DNA from: Octopus sinensis
Lineage: Eukaryota
NCBI RefSeq assembly: GCF_006345805.1
Contig: NW_021835238.1
Location: 1 to 41,698, forward strand
Direction: 5' to 3'
Length of the DNA stretch: 41,698 bases
The position numbers and the translations under genes were made by a program. The notes beneath the pieces were generated by a model. That model saw only the letters and a list, made by a program, of their open reading frames with translations. It was not told the DNA's origin and did no database searches. Position 1 is the first letter of the stretch. Each line of letters begins with the position of its first letter. This document shows, piece by piece, positions 22,178-32,494 of the stretch.

Positions 22178-23165
22178 ATGGATTCTTTAGCGAAGAATAT
22201 TTTCGTGGAATTTAAGGAGATATTTGAATGCAATTAGCTTGAGGGCGATATCCCTAATAAAGTTCGAAGCAAGGATAAAGGATCGTGACAAGAAGACGAA
22301 GAAGCAGCGCAAGACCCACTGAAGCATGTATCTCCAATTAGATGTGGATCGATTATACTGGAAAAGAACAGAAGGAAGAGAGTTAACGAGTATTTAAGAG
22401 GTGGTCGAAGTGGAGAGAACATGTCTTGGATATTATCGAGAAGAGAAAAAGTTAGTCTCCTCGAGGAGGTGATAAATGAAGAGCTGTTTATAGAGATAGC
22501 AGAGCCCAAAGGAGAGAAAAAAGACCTATGAAAATGTGAAAAGCAAGAATATCAATCTTCGAAGGAGAAAGAAAAACAAAATAATAATAAAAAAAAAACA
22601 ACACAAAAACGAAAACAGTCTTCTTTCAGAAATTTTCAAAAAGACGAGAGAGATAGAACATGACAAAGAGAGGCTGGCTTTGACTAAAAGAAGGTGTTTT
22701 GATGAAAAAGATCGTGGGAACGATTTTAGCGGCTTAGGAACTGAGACTCCTCTGGGCAAATTGGATTAAGGACAGAAAATAACTGATAAGCAGGAGTTTT
22801 TGCTGAAATCTAGATTTTGTGGAGATAAAATTGAGATTATAGTTCACATTGGACAGAATGCTCACATTTAGATCGAAATAAATATAAAACGTGGTTATGA
22901 TAACATGGCTGCAATGTATGGCTGGAATTTTTGCAGGAGTTCAGATCTTGCTTCCACTGGAAATTTCAACGAGTATTTTGCAGGAACAGAAATAATAACC
23001 CTAGTAATTGTTGGTGGTCCTGTGGCTTTCTTAGACAAGGCAAAATGAGAAGACAAGATGAAGAATATTTTAGTCGGTCACAAGAAGGAAACGTGTCACG
23101 TAATTGACGAGGCACATCTAGTTAAAAGCAGAATCGAGGGGAAGGGAAATAAAATGGCATATTAA
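22178..23165 (+). pseudogene. Unidentified decayed ORF, about 330 codons
   Basis: Purine-rich, stop-depleted frames: 3 internal stops in the roughly 210 codons of 22536-23165, and 3 in 22178-22530; no family recognised. Confidence 0.4.
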
Positions 23166-23214
23166 ATTAACTTGAAGTAGGGCAATCTTTAAATGCTGGT
23201 CAGAAGTTAACAAG

Positions 23215-23439
<225 letters not shown>

Positions 23440-23456
23440 GTATATATATATTTAAA

Positions 23457-23505
23457 TGGCGGTGCCCCAGCATGGCCACAGCTCATGAGCTGAAACTGGA
23501 AAAAT
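23457..23505 (+). mobile_element. SINE family A-like tail fragment
   Basis: GGCGGTGCCCCAGCATGGCCACAGC...TGAAAC matches the family A 3' end. Confidence 0.6.
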
Positions 23506-23920
23506 CAAAGATCAAAATCAAATCATATATATGTATATATATATATATATATATATAAGAATTAATATCTTTTGTAGAATACCTCTTTCTTATACTTTTA
23601 CAAGAAAGGGATAAAAGTGACTTTAAAGTCTCATACGAACCTTCATCAGATACAACGCCGAAGGTTAGCAAGCCCTCGTGTGAGTGGTACCTGAAGGAAA
23701 GAACTGGATTTTCCAATCCCTCCCTCTCAGATCATATATCCTCAACCAATCAACTTGCCTGTTAACTGATAGCGTTCTGAGACACATTCTCTCTATAAAA
23801 ATAAAATGAAGTATACAACGCGGGCTACAAAGGACCCAATTTGCGATGCAGCTCTACATAGCATACACTTTTGAAAATCTGATGAGAAACTGGTTTGTGT
23901 CTATATATATTTATATTTAA

Positions 23921-23987
<67 letters not shown>

Positions 23988-24769
23988 CGTGAAGGGGAGG
24001 AATTTGCAAATATGCAAATCAAATGGCGGCTATCGCATTGCTAATTATTTTAAACCAGAAGTATAAAAATCTATCTAATTAATTACCAGGAGTTGATATA
24101 TGTACAAAACAGTTAAGAGAAATAGTTAGAACCAGTAATCAGGGATTATGAATAAATAACTGTAACAGATAAAGTAACAGTAAGACTAAGACTACGTCTA
24201 ACCTAATTTCGAGGACTAGCTGCAAGAGTGAGGTGAAGATATGGTTCTTAAATTGGGTGGAAGAGTAAATTAAACAAGTACGAAGGGAAGAAGAGAAAGC
24301 CAAAAGAAAACTAAAGTGAAAGTAAAACAGAAGAAAAAAAAGAAATAAAAACAAAATGAAAATGAATTAGGAAAATAAGGGAATGGATAATAGAAATAAT
24401 AAAATTGGTATGTTCCAATCAAATGGCTCGATAGAAATGGGTCAGGGAAAAGAAATCTGTAATTAAAAAAATTATCTATTAGGGGGTAGGGCTGATTAGT
24501 CAGACAGACATTATAGTTGGTATAGACATAAAAATCAAGATTTATTAGAAGCAATATCATGAGTTTTGGTAAAGGAAAACTTAAAACAAGATGTTAGATG
24601 ACAATTAAGGGAGTCACCCACTAACAAACCATTGATAATGAAACAGGGGAAATCTATATATATATACATTATACAAATACACATACACACATGTATATGT
24701 AAAGACCTATATAAATAAACTACATATGTGAGTGTGTATATGTGGATATGTATACGCAACTTCGTGAGT

Positions 24770-24808
<39 letters not shown>

Positions 24809-25125
24809 GGAGAAATAGAGAGAAGGAGAAGAGAATGTGAGAGAGGGAGTGGGGTATAAAGGGAGGAATAGCAAATATGCAAATATGCTGCACCCAGATT
24901 AGCTTCCATCTATTTTTGAGCACACGTAGTTCCACAACGGCATTGACATCGTTCTCTTCATGTCAATGTCTTGTGTTCTTCAACTTTCATTACGTGAGAG
25001 CTTTCTACTCAGACCGTTGTCAAGTGATAGCAATGGGGGAAGTCGTGTTTTTAGAGTGCAGCAGCTTCACAGCACTTCTCACACTCCGTAATTGTCATCT
25101 ACATGCATACCTTCACTATTACATA

Positions 25126-25127
<2 letters not shown>

Positions 25128-25200
<73 letters not shown>

Positions 25201-25800
25201 GGCACAGTGAAATATCCACCCACATAACGCATGCAGGCATATACATGCATATAGAGACACACTTACACACACGCGCACACGCACACACACACACACACAT
25301 ACATACATATATATATATATATATAAATGTTAATAATTGTGTGTGTGTGTGTTTTGGGAAGTATGTGTGTGTAGGCACGCGCATATTGTGTGTGTGTGTG
25401 TGCGTGTGTGTTGGCTGCATGTCTGCGTATGTCAACGAATAATATTTTAGACTGTTTAGCGGAGTATAATCGGTTAATTTATGCTAATTTATTCGAAAGT
25501 AGAAGTCATCGTTATCTTCGATCTCCGCACACACACACACATACACACACACACACGCACACGCACATACACATACACACACACAATCACATACACACAC
25601 GCATGCAATTACACACACATATATACACACAGAAAGCACACACATACGTACAAGCACACACACATACATACACAAGTGCTTACATGCATACATACATATA
25701 TACATACACGCTCGTATTTACAGACATGCATCCACATGAATGGATACACATGTGTGCATGTGTTTGCGCCATTGTTATATCCACATCTCCATGCAAATAG
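25128..25800. repeat. (CA)n/(TG)n/(TACA)n compound low-complexity field
   Basis: Direct reading. Confidence 0.9.
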
Positions 25801-25891
25801 ATGTATCACAAAATGAATGCAACATGGTTTCTTTCCACTGTCTTATAGTTTCGGTCATTAAACTCTGTCACAGTTGCAGAATCTGTCTGCT

Positions 25892-26175
25892 GGTATTCCG
25901 TCGCTCACGACGACGAGGGATCCACTTGATCTGACCAACGAAGAGCTTAGCCGTGAAATTAACATGCAAGTAGTAAAGCACTCCCCAGACGCGCAGCCTT
26001 AATGTAGTCCCCAGGGAGATTCAGAATGATAAGGAATGGGACAAAGGGGTCCTTTTGAAATACAGATGTTAATTTTTGCGAGCTGAGTGGACTGGAGCAA
26101 CGTGAAATAAAGCATCTTGCTCAAGGACACGATTTACGGCCTGGAATCGAAATCACGACTTTACGGTCATGCCTG
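25892..26175 (-). mobile_element. Degenerate SINE family C
   Basis: Homologous to the 7731-8120 tail and head; includes CORE-like CTTGCTCAAGGACAC. Confidence 0.75.
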
Positions 26176-26249
26176 TAAGCTAAAGTGCAATGAATTGTAC
26201 TGCTCCCGATTCTATACCATTCTCTCGACATTATAAAGGCGAAAGATAA

Positions 26250-26464
26250 AAGCGGCGTGCTGGCAGAATTTCTAGCACGTTGGACGAAATGCTTAGCGAT
26301 ATTTCTCCCGTCGCTAGAGTCTGGGTTCAAATTGAACCGTGGTTGACTTTGCCTTTCATCCTTTCAGAGTCGGTAAATGAAGTACCAGTCAAGTACTGGG
26401 TTTGATTTAATCGACCATTCCCCTCCCCACAAATTCCAGGCCTTGTGCCTATAGTACAAAGGAC
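26250..26464 (+). mobile_element. SINE family B with 18-bp TSD
   Basis: Full head, body and tail; TATAAAGGCGAAAGATAA (26232-26249) versus TATAATGGCGAAATATAA (26465-26482), 16/18. Confidence 0.85.
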
Positions 26465-26483
26465 TATAATGGCGAAATATAAC

Positions 26484-26693
26484 GATGGCCAGAATCGTTA
26501 GCGTGCTGGACGAAATGCTTAGAGGTATTTCGTTCGGCTTGACGTTCTGAATTCATATTCCACCAAAGTCGATTTTGCCTTTCATACTTTCGGGGTCGAT
26601 CAATTAAGTACCAGTTGCGTACTGGAGTCGACCTAATCGTCACATCCCGTCCCCTCAAAAATGGCTGCCCCTGTGGCAAAATTTGAAACCATT
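26484..26693 (+). mobile_element. Second SINE family B copy in tandem
   Basis: AGAATCGTTAGCGTGCTGGACGAAATGCTTAG...GCCTTTCATACTTTCGGGGTCGAT. Confidence 0.8.
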
Positions 26694-26903
26694 ATAGAGG
26701 AGAAAGTTAGAGACAAACTTTCCTGATTACAACACGACATAAATACATAAGAAATAATTTTAATCGACGCACCAACCTTTCTGCCATCGACGCGCCGATA
26801 AACTTTCGGTAAAACTTCGAAGTCACTGTCTCTTCGTTTAATAAAAATTACAGCTCTACAACCGCTTGAGATTGGCTTATTTGGTTATTGTTTTATCTTT
26901 TAT

Positions 26904-27155
26904 CTTTTACTTGTTAGAGTCAGTAGACTGCGGCCATACTGGAGTACCGCATTGTAGAATTTTGAGTCGAATGGATTGACTGCAGGACTTATTTGTTTCC
27001 CGTCTGGTGCTCGTTCTATTGGTGTCTTTTGTCGAACCGCTAGATGAAGGGGACGTAAACACACCAATACTGGTTGTCAAGCAGTGGTAGGGGACAAACG
27101 CAGACACAAGGACAAACCAACAAACAAATAAACAAACACACGCACACAAACACAT
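26904..27155 (-). mobile_element. SINE family A tail half (no head)
   Basis: GACTGCGGCCATACTGGAGTACCGC...GAACCGCTAG...GGTTGTCAAGC. Confidence 0.8.
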
Positions 27156-27167
27156 ATGTTTCATATT

Positions 27168-27353
27168 CTCTTACTTGTTTCAGTCGCTTGACTGCGGCCA
27201 TGCTGGAGCACCGCCTTTAGTCGAAGAAATCAATCCCAGGATTTGTTTTTAGTAAGCCTAATACATATTCTATCGGTTTCTTTCGCGAAGCCACTATGTT
27301 ATTGGAACGTATATACACCAAGACCGGTTGTCAAGCGAGAGTGGAGGGGAAAA

Positions 27354-27413
<60 letters not shown>

Positions 27414-27600
27414 ATGCACACACATATATATACGACGGGCTTCTTTCAGTTTTCGTCTACCAAATCCGCTCACAAGGCTTCGGTTGGCCCGAGGCTATAG
27501 TATAAAGACTCTTGCCCAAGGTGCTACGCAGTGGGACTGAACCCGGAACCATGTGGATGGGAAGCAAGCTTCTTACCACACAGTCACTCCTGTGCCTATA
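27168..27600 (-). mobile_element. SINE family A, full copy
   Basis: Complete reverse-complemented head ending CTCCTGTGCCTATA at 27600, internal (CA)n, tail. Confidence 0.88.
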
Positions 27601-27634
27601 CGTTTATAATTTTAAGCACACAATTTTTGTGTAG

Positions 27635-27770
27635 ACAAGTACCTTAGTGTTAGGTTGAGCTCATAACCATAATGTCGTGGGTTCGATTCCTAGACCGGGC
27701 AGCACGATGTCCCCTTGAGCAAGACACTCCATTTCAAATTGTGCCAGTCTACTCAATTGGGGACGAGTAC
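27635..27770 (+). mobile_element. SINE family C head and CORE fragment
   Basis: B box GGGTTCGATTCCTAGACCGGGC, CORE-like CCCTTGAGCAAGACACT. Confidence 0.7.
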
Positions 27771-27968
27771 GAGTCGAGTGCTAGTGTCGCTTTCTCTTCC
27801 TGCAGCTGTAACATCTTTCTACAAGAGTCAAGAGAGTCTCCGTGTCTACCTGCGACAGCAGAGGCCCCTAAAACAATTTACGAAAGCATGGGGCATGTTG
27901 TGAAGCCATACTTATTTCATTTTATATACTTTTATGAGATGAAATATTTACATATATATACATATATA

Positions 27969-28384
27969 TAGGCGCTGATGTGGCTGTGTGGTAAGAAGTC
28001 CGCTTCCCAATTACATGTTTTCCTGTTTCTTCCCCCTGCGTGGCACCTTGTGTAAGCGTCCCCTACTACAGCCTCGGACCGACCAAAGTCTTGTGAGTGG
28101 ATTTGGTTGACGGAAACTAAAGGATGCCCATCGTATTATATATGTGTGTGTGTGTGTGTTTGTGTTTGTGTTTGTGTGCGTGTTGTGTCCTTGTGTCTGT
28201 TATCCACCACTGCTTGACAACCGGCGTTGGTGATTTTACGTGCCCACAATTTAGCGGATCGGCAAAAGATTCCTGATACAATAAGTACCAGGCTTAACAA
28301 TTCTCTGGAGTCGATTCATTCGATTAAAAGTTCTTTTAGGCAGTACTCCAGCATGGCCTTAGTCTCAGGTCTGAAACAAGTAAA
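27969..28384 (+). mobile_element. SINE family A, full degenerate copy
   Basis: TAGGCGCTGATGTGGCTGTGTGGTAAGAAG...TACTCCAGCATGGCC...GAAACAAGTAAA. Confidence 0.85.
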
Positions 28385-28784
28385 TGCTAAAAGATATATA
28401 ATTGAAGGGAGATCTTTCTACCACTGAACTGACACTACAAGAAGGGAATCTCAAATTATTGCTTTTTCTGCAAAAATAACCCCATATCATCTTTGAAAAT
28501 TTTTATCGCGCGGTTTTCTACCAGAAGACGGAAACTGTTATCAAACGATTAAGACGCAAAAGTTACTTTGTCGAAAAGAAAGAAAAGAAAAAACACCTCA
28601 CCTGATAATGTTATCAGAAAATAAATATGGGTTGGATGCACTGAATTGCACTCCCATGCCAACAATTTTTTGCAATCTTTTTTGAAAACGATCTGTTCCT
28701 CCTCTTAAAAAAAAAATAGCAAACTTCAAGATAAACAAATTAACTTATAAAAGAACTCAGGAACAAAATTAATAATGTGAAGAG

Positions 28785-28785
28785 A

Positions 28786-28836
<51 letters not shown>

Positions 28837-28994
28837 CATAATAATAATAATAATAATAAAAATAATAATAATGATGATGATGATGATGATGATGATGATA
28901 ATAATAATAATAATGATAATATTAATAGTATTATTATTAGTAATAATAGTAATAACAATAATAATAATAACAGTAATAATAATAATAATAATAA

Positions 28995-29032
<38 letters not shown>

Positions 29033-29042
29033 ATGATGATGA
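28785..29042. repeat. (AAT)n(GAT)n(AGT)n compound microsatellite
   Basis: Direct reading. Confidence 0.95.
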
Positions 29043-29372
29043 TTTAAATTCTGATAAAGCAGAATAAATATAATTTTAAAAGAACGCAGCAATGACTTCT
29101 GCCTAAAACTTATCGTAGTGCAATACATGGTACATACACTTCCGTCCAGGATATAACCACTAAACTCGAAATAAATAAAAGAACAGCTATTCTGACACAT
29201 CAAAAACCATAGTTCACACTTAAAAAGCACAAAGTTATGTTTTTTTTTAAACAATTCTAATTCGCTTATACTCACCTCAAAGCTAAATTTTGGAATAGTG
29301 GGGGTAATTTTGGATTATTTTCTACAGAAAATTAAAGAAACATTTACACGTCTTCTGCGAAACTATCTACAT

Positions 29373-29630
29373 CAGTAATACTCGACCATCGTTTGACCTT
29401 AATGGTCCCTTTGATTCATATTCTACTCGGATGGACCCTCATAGCTTTTCCATGTTTAAAAGATCCTATTATATTTTTCATAGTTAAATGTTATTAGGAA
29501 TTGTATAAAAGAAAATTGTTGAAACATTTTGTGTATAGCAAAAGTATAACCAATTTGTTGCGCTGAAATTTTAACAACACATCTTACATGGAACCTCAAT
29601 GGCCAGTTTGACCCCAATTGAGAGCCACTG
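29373..29630. mobile_element. Old hAT (Charlie-like) MITE
   Basis: Right end reverse complement CAGTGGCTCTCAA, left end CAGTAATACTCGACC (degenerate CAGTGGTTCTCAACC); flanking 8-mers ATCTACAT and GCCTAGAA resemble the Charlie nTCTAGAn target. Confidence 0.55.
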
Positions 29631-29707
29631 GCCTAGAATATAAACATTTGGACATTCTTCCAGTTTAAAACTTGCGAATACTATACTTTATTGCTAAACA
29701 ATTTTTA

Positions 29708-29860
29708 TAGACATTATTTACATTATTTACAGTTGACGGATATTTGTCCTCATCTTCTTTGTTGTTAACACAACGTTTCGGCTGATATACCCTCCAGCCT
29801 TCATCAGGTGTCTTAGGGAAATTTGGAACCTGGCTTCTCATCCCTAAGGTATTTTTCGAA
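29708..29860 (-). mobile_element. Probable Penelope-like element terminal repeat (pLTR) remnant carrying the hammerhead
   Basis: Contains a minimal palindromic-stem-III hammerhead, the hallmark of Penelope-like element termini; no GIY-YIG or RT seen nearby. Confidence 0.5.
29767..29812 (-). ncRNA. Minimal type I hammerhead ribozyme with complete catalytic core
   Basis: Minus strand GACAC-CTGATGA-A-GGCTG-GAGGGTATAT-CAGCC-GAA-ACGT-T-GTGTT: 5-bp stem I (one G.U), full core plus one extra A, perfect 5-bp stem II, palindromic ACGU stem III, GUU cleavage triplet. Confidence 0.8.
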
Positions 29861-29869
29861 GTTGTTGTT

Positions 29870-29924
<55 letters not shown>

Positions 29925-29958
29925 TATTATTATTTATTATTATTATTATTATTATTAT

Positions 29959-30734
29959 ATGTTTGACTTTTGATTTACATTTGTACAAGTTGGCTCCAAG
30001 TCTCACCCAGAGACCTCAAGAGAAAACAAGCTGGAAGTTCATGTTTGTTTTAAAACTTTAAAATTATGTTTGTTTTAAAACTTGAGATTACAAAGAAAGT
30101 ATTTTGCGTAGGATATGAGCAGTTCCCATGAGCACTATCTTTTGAATTTCTGCCATTTTTGGGTTTCCTGGTATCTGAGTTAGGTAGCAATCAGCCCCTT
30201 TTGCTGTCATTTCCAGGGCACCTATGACAACAGGTATTGTTTTAGTCTTCAGGTTCCACATTTTGCTGATTTCTATTTCCAGATCTTTATATTTGCTCAG
30301 TTTCTGGTAGGTCTTGACAGATACGTTTATATCGATTGGGACAGTCTTATCAACGAGGAGGCATGTTTTTTGTCTGAAGTCTTTCAATATGATGTCTGGC
30401 CTATTCGCGTCTATCTTTCTGTCAGTTTGAATGGTGAAGTTCCAGAGGAGTGAGATGTGGTCATTTTCAAGCACTGGAGGTGGTTTGTGTTCCCACCAGT
30501 TTTTATCATGGGGAAAGTCCAGGCTTTTGCAAATTACCCAGTGAATATATTGTGCAGCTCTATCATGCCTGTTGAGATACTCTGTAGGCGCAAGAAGACT
30601 GCACTTGAAGACATGATCAATGGTTTCATTTTGTTGTTGACATACACGATATGTTGGGCTACTGCCGTTCTTTAATATGTTGGCCTGGTAGTTCCTTGTA
30701 GGTAGGCATTGATCTTGAGCTGCTATGAACTGCC
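29959..30734 (-). mobile_element. 5'-truncated R4/Dong-like LINE (RLE domain intact in frame) with (AAT)n tail at 29862-29958
   Basis: AAQDQ..RNYQ, HDRAAQYIHW, LLWNFTIQTDRKIDANRPDIILKD..CLLVDKTVP..KLSKYKDLEIEISKMW..IPVVIGAL..GTAHILRKILSL*. Confidence 0.92.
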
Positions 30735-31112
30735 ATTAATAATGAAATAAAGTAATACATATTCGTGCCATATCTTCGTTGTGATACCCATCTTTGCTTC
30801 AGAGAAAGACTGTGTATAAGTACAGCTAAATGATGGGACATGTGTGTATATGGATGGACTGTAGTATGTGTGTATATGTGTGGGTGAATGATTAGATGTG
30901 TGTGCATGTATAGGGGAGGTGATGATATCGTGTGTGTTTGTGAGTGTGTGTGTGTGCAAATAATTGATAGAATATGCGTGTATGGTGTGTGTGGGGATGT
31001 ATTTTATTATGTGTATGAATATGTAAAAGCTGCGATGTACTTGCGTCAGTGTGGAACCGGCAGCAGTCTAATCTCCGACACATCGATAATAGGGATGTAA
31101 AAAAATAAATCT

Positions 31113-31271
31113 GGTACTTCATCGGTCACAACGACAAGGGTCCCAGCTGATCAGTTCAAGGGAACAGCCTGATCTGTGAAATTAAGGAGCAAATGGCTGA
31201 GCACGCCATATACACGCGTACCCTGAACGTAGTTTTTGTAGAGTGTGACAAGGCTGGCTCTTTGAGATAAA

Positions 31272-31314
<43 letters not shown>

Positions 31315-31400
31315 AAGTAGATTCATGAAAAGTAACTATCTTTGAGTGGACCGGAGCAACATTAAATAAAGTGTCCTGCTCCAGGACACAATGCGCCACT
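31113..31400 (-). mobile_element. SINE family C fragment with an internal foreign insert
   Basis: Homology to 7731-8120 and 25892-26175, broken at 31270-31340. Confidence 0.75.
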
Positions 31401-32463
31401 AAGCGACGCGTTTTCACAAATGTCGGTTCTAGAAATCTAGACTTACTTTTAGAAACAACATGACTAAAACAGGCAGCGTAGTTAGGATAGTTGATCGTCG
31501 ACTCCTCCCAAGTTTAGGATCATAAAATGATGACAATGTCGTTGCAGGATCACACAGTCTCACTCTTTAATCTGCAAACGGAAAGTAGCACATTTGATTA
31601 ATGTTCTATTTGAAAGAAGTAAGGAAATCAAAGCATCAAGTTATTAAATATAATATGCTGTTAGATTCTATAAAAGCTATGATTTTACTTCCCTGGATTC
31701 TATCAGATTGTGGCCTATTGCTACTGGGCTCATCGTCAACATTCTTACGAAAGACTCTGTCAAATGATTACAATTTTGGCTAAAATCGATCCGCAACAAG
31801 TCTATCAGTTTATACAGGACAAATGAACCACACACACACACACAGAAGAAGTAGATTCATGAAAAGTAACTATCCACTTTATTATTATCAAAAATTCACA
31901 TTGTAGAGGTTAGATGAAATTGGTTGACAGTACGGAGGTCGAGGTAAGCTCTAAGTGACTCGAGTGCGCCAGACGGTTTCAATTAGTGGCTTATGTTATT
32001 AAAGCCTAAAACTTACACAATCGCATTTCTTTGTATGAATTTGACACTTTGTATTGAAATAAAGAATCGATAACTTTTATCTAGATTATTACAAATATGT
32101 AAAGTTTGTTCATTATATTTTCAAGTCGAATATTTGAAAATCAAATTAGAGAATCCGTTCTATTACACAAGAATTAATTAGGTCTTGGGGTACCTTCATA
32201 TACAATGTGGTACAGCGTGGGTACCTAAAAAATAATTAATAAATCACACGAAAGGGTTTCATCCCTTTAAAGTCTCAGAACTCAATCAGGGGGTTATTTC
32301 ATTATGATCAAACAGATAATTACAGTCATCAATGTTTTAATTACATTAAGGGTTAAAAATGAAGGTTAGCTTTGAAGCTTGAGGTTAAAGTTGAATTTTT
32401 AGAAATGGTATTATTGAATAAAGATTAGATTTGTTCTGGAAAGTAGAGAAACACGCACGCACG

Positions 32464-32494
<31 letters not shown>

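Noticed and set aside
23879-23896. CTGATGAGAAACTGGTT (hammerhead core?)
   Set aside because: No stem II at all and no stem I; compatible with chance.
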